NCBI GenBank assembly: GCA_004431415.1
Contig: QPMI01000659.1
Coordinates: forward strand, 1-63,225
Source: Cyanophora paradoxa CCMP329
Lineage: Eukaryota; Plantae; Glaucophyta
Length of the DNA: 63,225 bases
Reading direction: 5' to 3'
Under the pieces are notes generated by a model. The model saw nothing but the letters and a program-made list of their open reading frames with translations, was not told where the DNA came from and made no database searches. Both the position numbers and the translations under genes were made by a program. This document shows, piece after piece, positions 59,731 through 63,225 of this stretch (position 1 is the first letter of the stretch; the number at the start of each line of letters is the position of its first letter).

Positions 59731-60236
59731 TCGCGATCGAAATTTGAAATCGAACGCACGATCGCGGGTTCATGATCAGACTTGAAGCCTCGATCGAGCC
59801 CTGAGGCCCTGAGGCCTTGAAGCCTTGAAGACCGCGGCCCTAGGCTCGTGGGTCATGATCACGGTACCGATATGCGCTGCGCGACTCAGCCGCAGTGACT
59901 CGCTGCTTCCGAAGTTCGAGCTCGAACTCGAGATGTTCGGACCCCGGTTACCAGTGCCGCAGTGCTCTCTCAGAGTCTCGGGGTCTGACAGGGCCGCCGG
60001 CCCACCGCCGCCGGGATACGAGTTAGTTTGAAGCCTCAGGGGGCCTCGAAGCAGCGGTCACGAGTCAAGCCGAGCTGGCGGCTTGGACTTTAGGGAGCCG
60101 CGTCGGGGTACACGGCGAGCGACGGCTAGAAATACTGTACTCGCAACTACCGTAGTACATCTCGCCGTGACATGCGGTGCGGGTCCCACATTACTTGGCT
60201 GTGGATCGGCGCGCGGCTGGGAGGCGGGGCGGGAGG

Positions 60237-63086
60237 CTAGAGGCGGGCGGCGGAGGCGCCGGTGGGGCGGACGTTGTGGCGGGCGGCGAGGGCGTCCGCC
60301 TCGGCGGGGCCCCTGGAGCCCCAGCTGCGCCCCCTGGCTCGCCCGGCCCGGAGCGAGGAGAAGCGAGGCGAGAGGGGGGCGTACACGTAGGGGTGCGGGC
60401 GGACGTGGTGCTTCTCGAGGTGGTGCAGCGCCGGCGTGAAGATGTCCCACGCCGCCTGCCGATGGCCTCGGCCCGGGGCCCGGGGCGGGGCGGGGCGTGG
60501 GGGCGGGGGTGCGGGCCTCGAGCTCGTCGGAGCGGATGAAGAGGGACTTGTCGCCGTGGAGGACGTCGAGGATGAGGCGCTCGTACGCGTCCGGGATGTC
60601 CGCCGCGCTGAACCGCGCCTTGTACTCCAGGTCCAGCTCCTTGCTCTCCAGCCGCGTCTTCAGCCCCGGCACCTGCCCCGCCCCCGCACGCCCGCCGGCC
60701 CCGTCAGCCCCCCGCCCCGCGGCGCTCGGCGCAGCGAAGGGCAGGGGCGCGCCTTGTTGACGACGGACATGAAGATGGCCTCGTCCGGCTGCACCCGGAT
60801 CACCAGCTCGTTCCTGCCCGCCCCCGTCACGAAATGACGAGGGGGCGGGGCGGGGCGGGGCGGGGGCGGGCCGGGCGATGTTCATGCCGCCGGGGGTGTC
60901 GCGGAAGAGGAAGCCGGGGACCTGCTGGAACTGGATGCGGATCTCCGCGAGGCGCGCGTCCATCGCCTTGCCGCACACGAGGAAGAAGGGGACGCCCTCC
61001 CAGCGCCGGTTGTTCACCCGCACCACCGCCGCGGCGTACGTCGGCGTGATCGAGTCCTTCGGCACCGTCGCGTCCTCCCGGTACCCCGGCCGCTGCGCCG
61101 TCCCGTCCCCCACGTACTGCCCCCGGCCACGCGTCGGGCGGGCGGGGGACGGGGCAGGGGGCGGCGGGGCGGGGCGGGGACCTGGCCGACGACGAGGTCG
61201 TCGTTGCGGATGGGGAGGCAGCTGCGGAGGACCTTCACCTGCGCCCCCGCCACCCGCCTCAGCGCCTCAGCGCCCCGCCCCGGGCTCAAGGAGGGGGGCA
61301 GGGCGGGCGTGCCTTCTCGTCGCGGACGTCCTCGGCGTCGAGGGAGACGGGCGGCTCCATCGCGATCAGCGCCATGATCTGCCCGCCCCGCCCCCTCGTC
61401 AGGCCCCCGCGGGGCCGCGGCGGGGGGCGGGGGGCGGGGCGCCTGCAGGAGGTGGTTCTGCATCACGTCCCGGATGATGCCTGCGGGGCCCTCAGCGGCG
61501 GGCGGGAGGGTGCGGGGGGGGCGAGCGCGCCGTACTCGTCGAAGTAGCCGCCGCGGCCCTCGACGCCGAGCTCCTCCTTGAAGGTGATCGTTACCGACGC
61601 CACCGACTGCCGGTTCCACAGCTGCAGCGCCCGGGCCGGGGCCCCGTCACCCCCCGCCCCGCCCCCACGCCACGCCCCGGGCCGGCCCGGCGCCGCGCAC
61701 GGGCTCGAAGATGAGGTTGGCGAAGCGGAGGACCATTAGGTTCTGCACCACCTCCTTCCCTGCGCGCCGCCTCAGCCCCCCGCGCACGGCAGGCGGGGCC
61801 GGGACGGGGCGGGGGCCGGGGCACCGAGGTAGTGGTCGATGCGGTAGATGGCCTCCTCGGGGAAGAGCCGCGCTGCGGGGCGAGCGGACCCGGTCAGCGG
61901 GGCGGCGCGGGGCGGGCGGGGCGGGGGAAGGCGGGGAGGCGCGCCGAGGCCGGTGGAGAGCTCGAGGGAGGACTCGGAGTCTTTGCCGAAGGGCTTCTCG
62001 ATGATGACGCGGGTCCAGCCCGTGCGCGCCATCGCCGCGTGCGCGATGCCCCGCGCCGTGGCGAGGAAGACCGAGGGGGGGATGGAGAAGTAGAAGAGGC
62101 GGTTGTGCGTCGCCACCGGGCTGAACCCCCGCTCCAGCTCCGCCAGGAAGTTGTCCAGCGCTGCCCACCCCGCCCCGCCCGCTCGGCCCTCGCCCGGGCG
62201 GGGCGGGGCGGGGCGGGGCGGGGCGGGGCGGGGGCACCCTGGAAGGAGGCGAGGCTGTCGTACTGCCCGCTGAAGTAGTGGATGTTCTTCACGAAGTCCT
62301 CCCGGTCCGACTCGCACGCCGCCCCTGCCCGCCGGGTGCCCCCACGCGTCGGCCCCGCCCGCCCCGCGGTGGCCGGGCGGGGCCGGCGGGGCGCACCGGC
62401 CTTGGCCCTGCACGCGAGGCGCTTGCAGGACTTCTCCTTGAACTGGTCCAGCGTCATGCTGCTCCGAGCGTAGCCCTGCGCCAGCCGCCCGTCGGCCGCG
62501 CGGCGCGGGTCCGCGGGCGGCGGGCGGCGGCGTGCGCACAACGACGGCGTAGTTCTTTGGGAAGTGTTTCTGCGCGGCGCGGCGCGGCGCGTCGGCGCCG
62601 GCGGGGCGGGCACGGCGGAGGCGCTGGGCGGGACCTCGACGAAGAGGGAGAAGAGGGCGGGGAAGATCTTGCGGTGCGAGAGGTCCCCCGTCGCGCCGAC
62701 CACCACGATCGACGTGAACTCTCCGCCTGGCGGCCGGCCCATCAGCGGGCGCGGCCTAGCACGCCCGCGCACGCCTCAAGCACCCGTCGTGAGCTTGGCG
62801 TCGTCTTCGCTCGAGAGGATGCCCTGCGGGAAGCTCAGAGCCGGCACGCGGACCGCTTCGGGGCGCCGCGGACCATCAGATTGGCCTTGCTGTCAGTCCT
62901 CGGGATTGTCTGTGCGAGCGCGGAGCACGTACGCGGGCGTGAGGCCTGCGCGACCGACCGCTTCGGCGGATACGGCGTACTCTGAATAACCAGTGTCCGC
63001 CGCCACCGTGCGCTGCTGCCGCGCCTGCGGAGGACGACCGGCTGCCAGGCGAGTCCCCCAAGTCCATCATTCTGCTGCGTCGCCAT
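60237..63086 (-). CDS. G6PD: Glucose-6-phosphate 1-dehydrogenase (plastid-type Cys pair), ~18 exons
   Basis: [31 protein letters not shown]|[11 protein letters not shown]|[43 protein letters not shown]. Start codon uncertain. Confidence 0.96.
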
Positions 63087-63225
63087 CAGCTCCTTCGGCG
63101 TTTGAGTGCCGCAAGCAATCAAGCCACTCGCCTCGATTCCGAAACTAGCGTAGGCGGTCTGCTAGCTACAGGAGAAGAGGCGCGGAAATGACGTGGTCCC
63201 GGGTACAGGCGAGTGTTGCGACGAA

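Noticed and set aside
39193-63086. Bacterial operon or recent horizontal-transfer island (fhs, photolyase, zwf)
   Set aside because: All are interrupted by many spliceosomal-type introns, lie on mixed strands and resemble eukaryotic family members.

Overview
GC-rich, intron-dense eukaryotic DNA from a unicellular, probably flagellated alga (glaucophyte/Cyanophora-like by inference only). Positions 1-14.2 kb are a nest of transposons. A plus-strand Ty3/Gypsy element (protease C-half, -1 frameshift signal, RT-RNaseH-long insert-integrase, structured 3' UTR, 3' LTR; 4239-10718) is interrupted inside its protease by a different, minus-strand LTR element (5' LTR 3828-4238, PBS, very long frameshifted gag running off the left edge). 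The plus element abuts a pair of Helentron-like non-autonomous elements carrying a 149-bp array, followed by a TA-flanked pogo/Tc1-like MITE. Positions 14.8-63.1 kb hold about 15 tightly packed, mostly multi-exon host genes: an unknown TPR-like protein, an NHL/FN3/Ser-Pro-repeat multi-pass membrane protein, a cytochrome P450, a class I glutamine amidotransferase, an intronless basic ORF, a FAM194-like protein, PAAF1, formate-tetrahydrofolate ligase, three F-box/LRR-like genes, a Cys-rich hypothetical, a NEK kinase, a plant-like cryptochrome/photolyase and G6PD. Highlights: (1) a slippery heptamer plus H-type pseudoknot placed after the protease rather than after gag; (2) about half of the traced introns use GC donors, concentrated in the 3' part of genes; (3) covarying hairpins in the retroelement 3' UTR; (4) intergenic islands of chained short palindromes. 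Gene coordinates are start-to-stop spans that include introns and were assembled by eye. Several 1-nt indels in G/C runs look like assembly errors.
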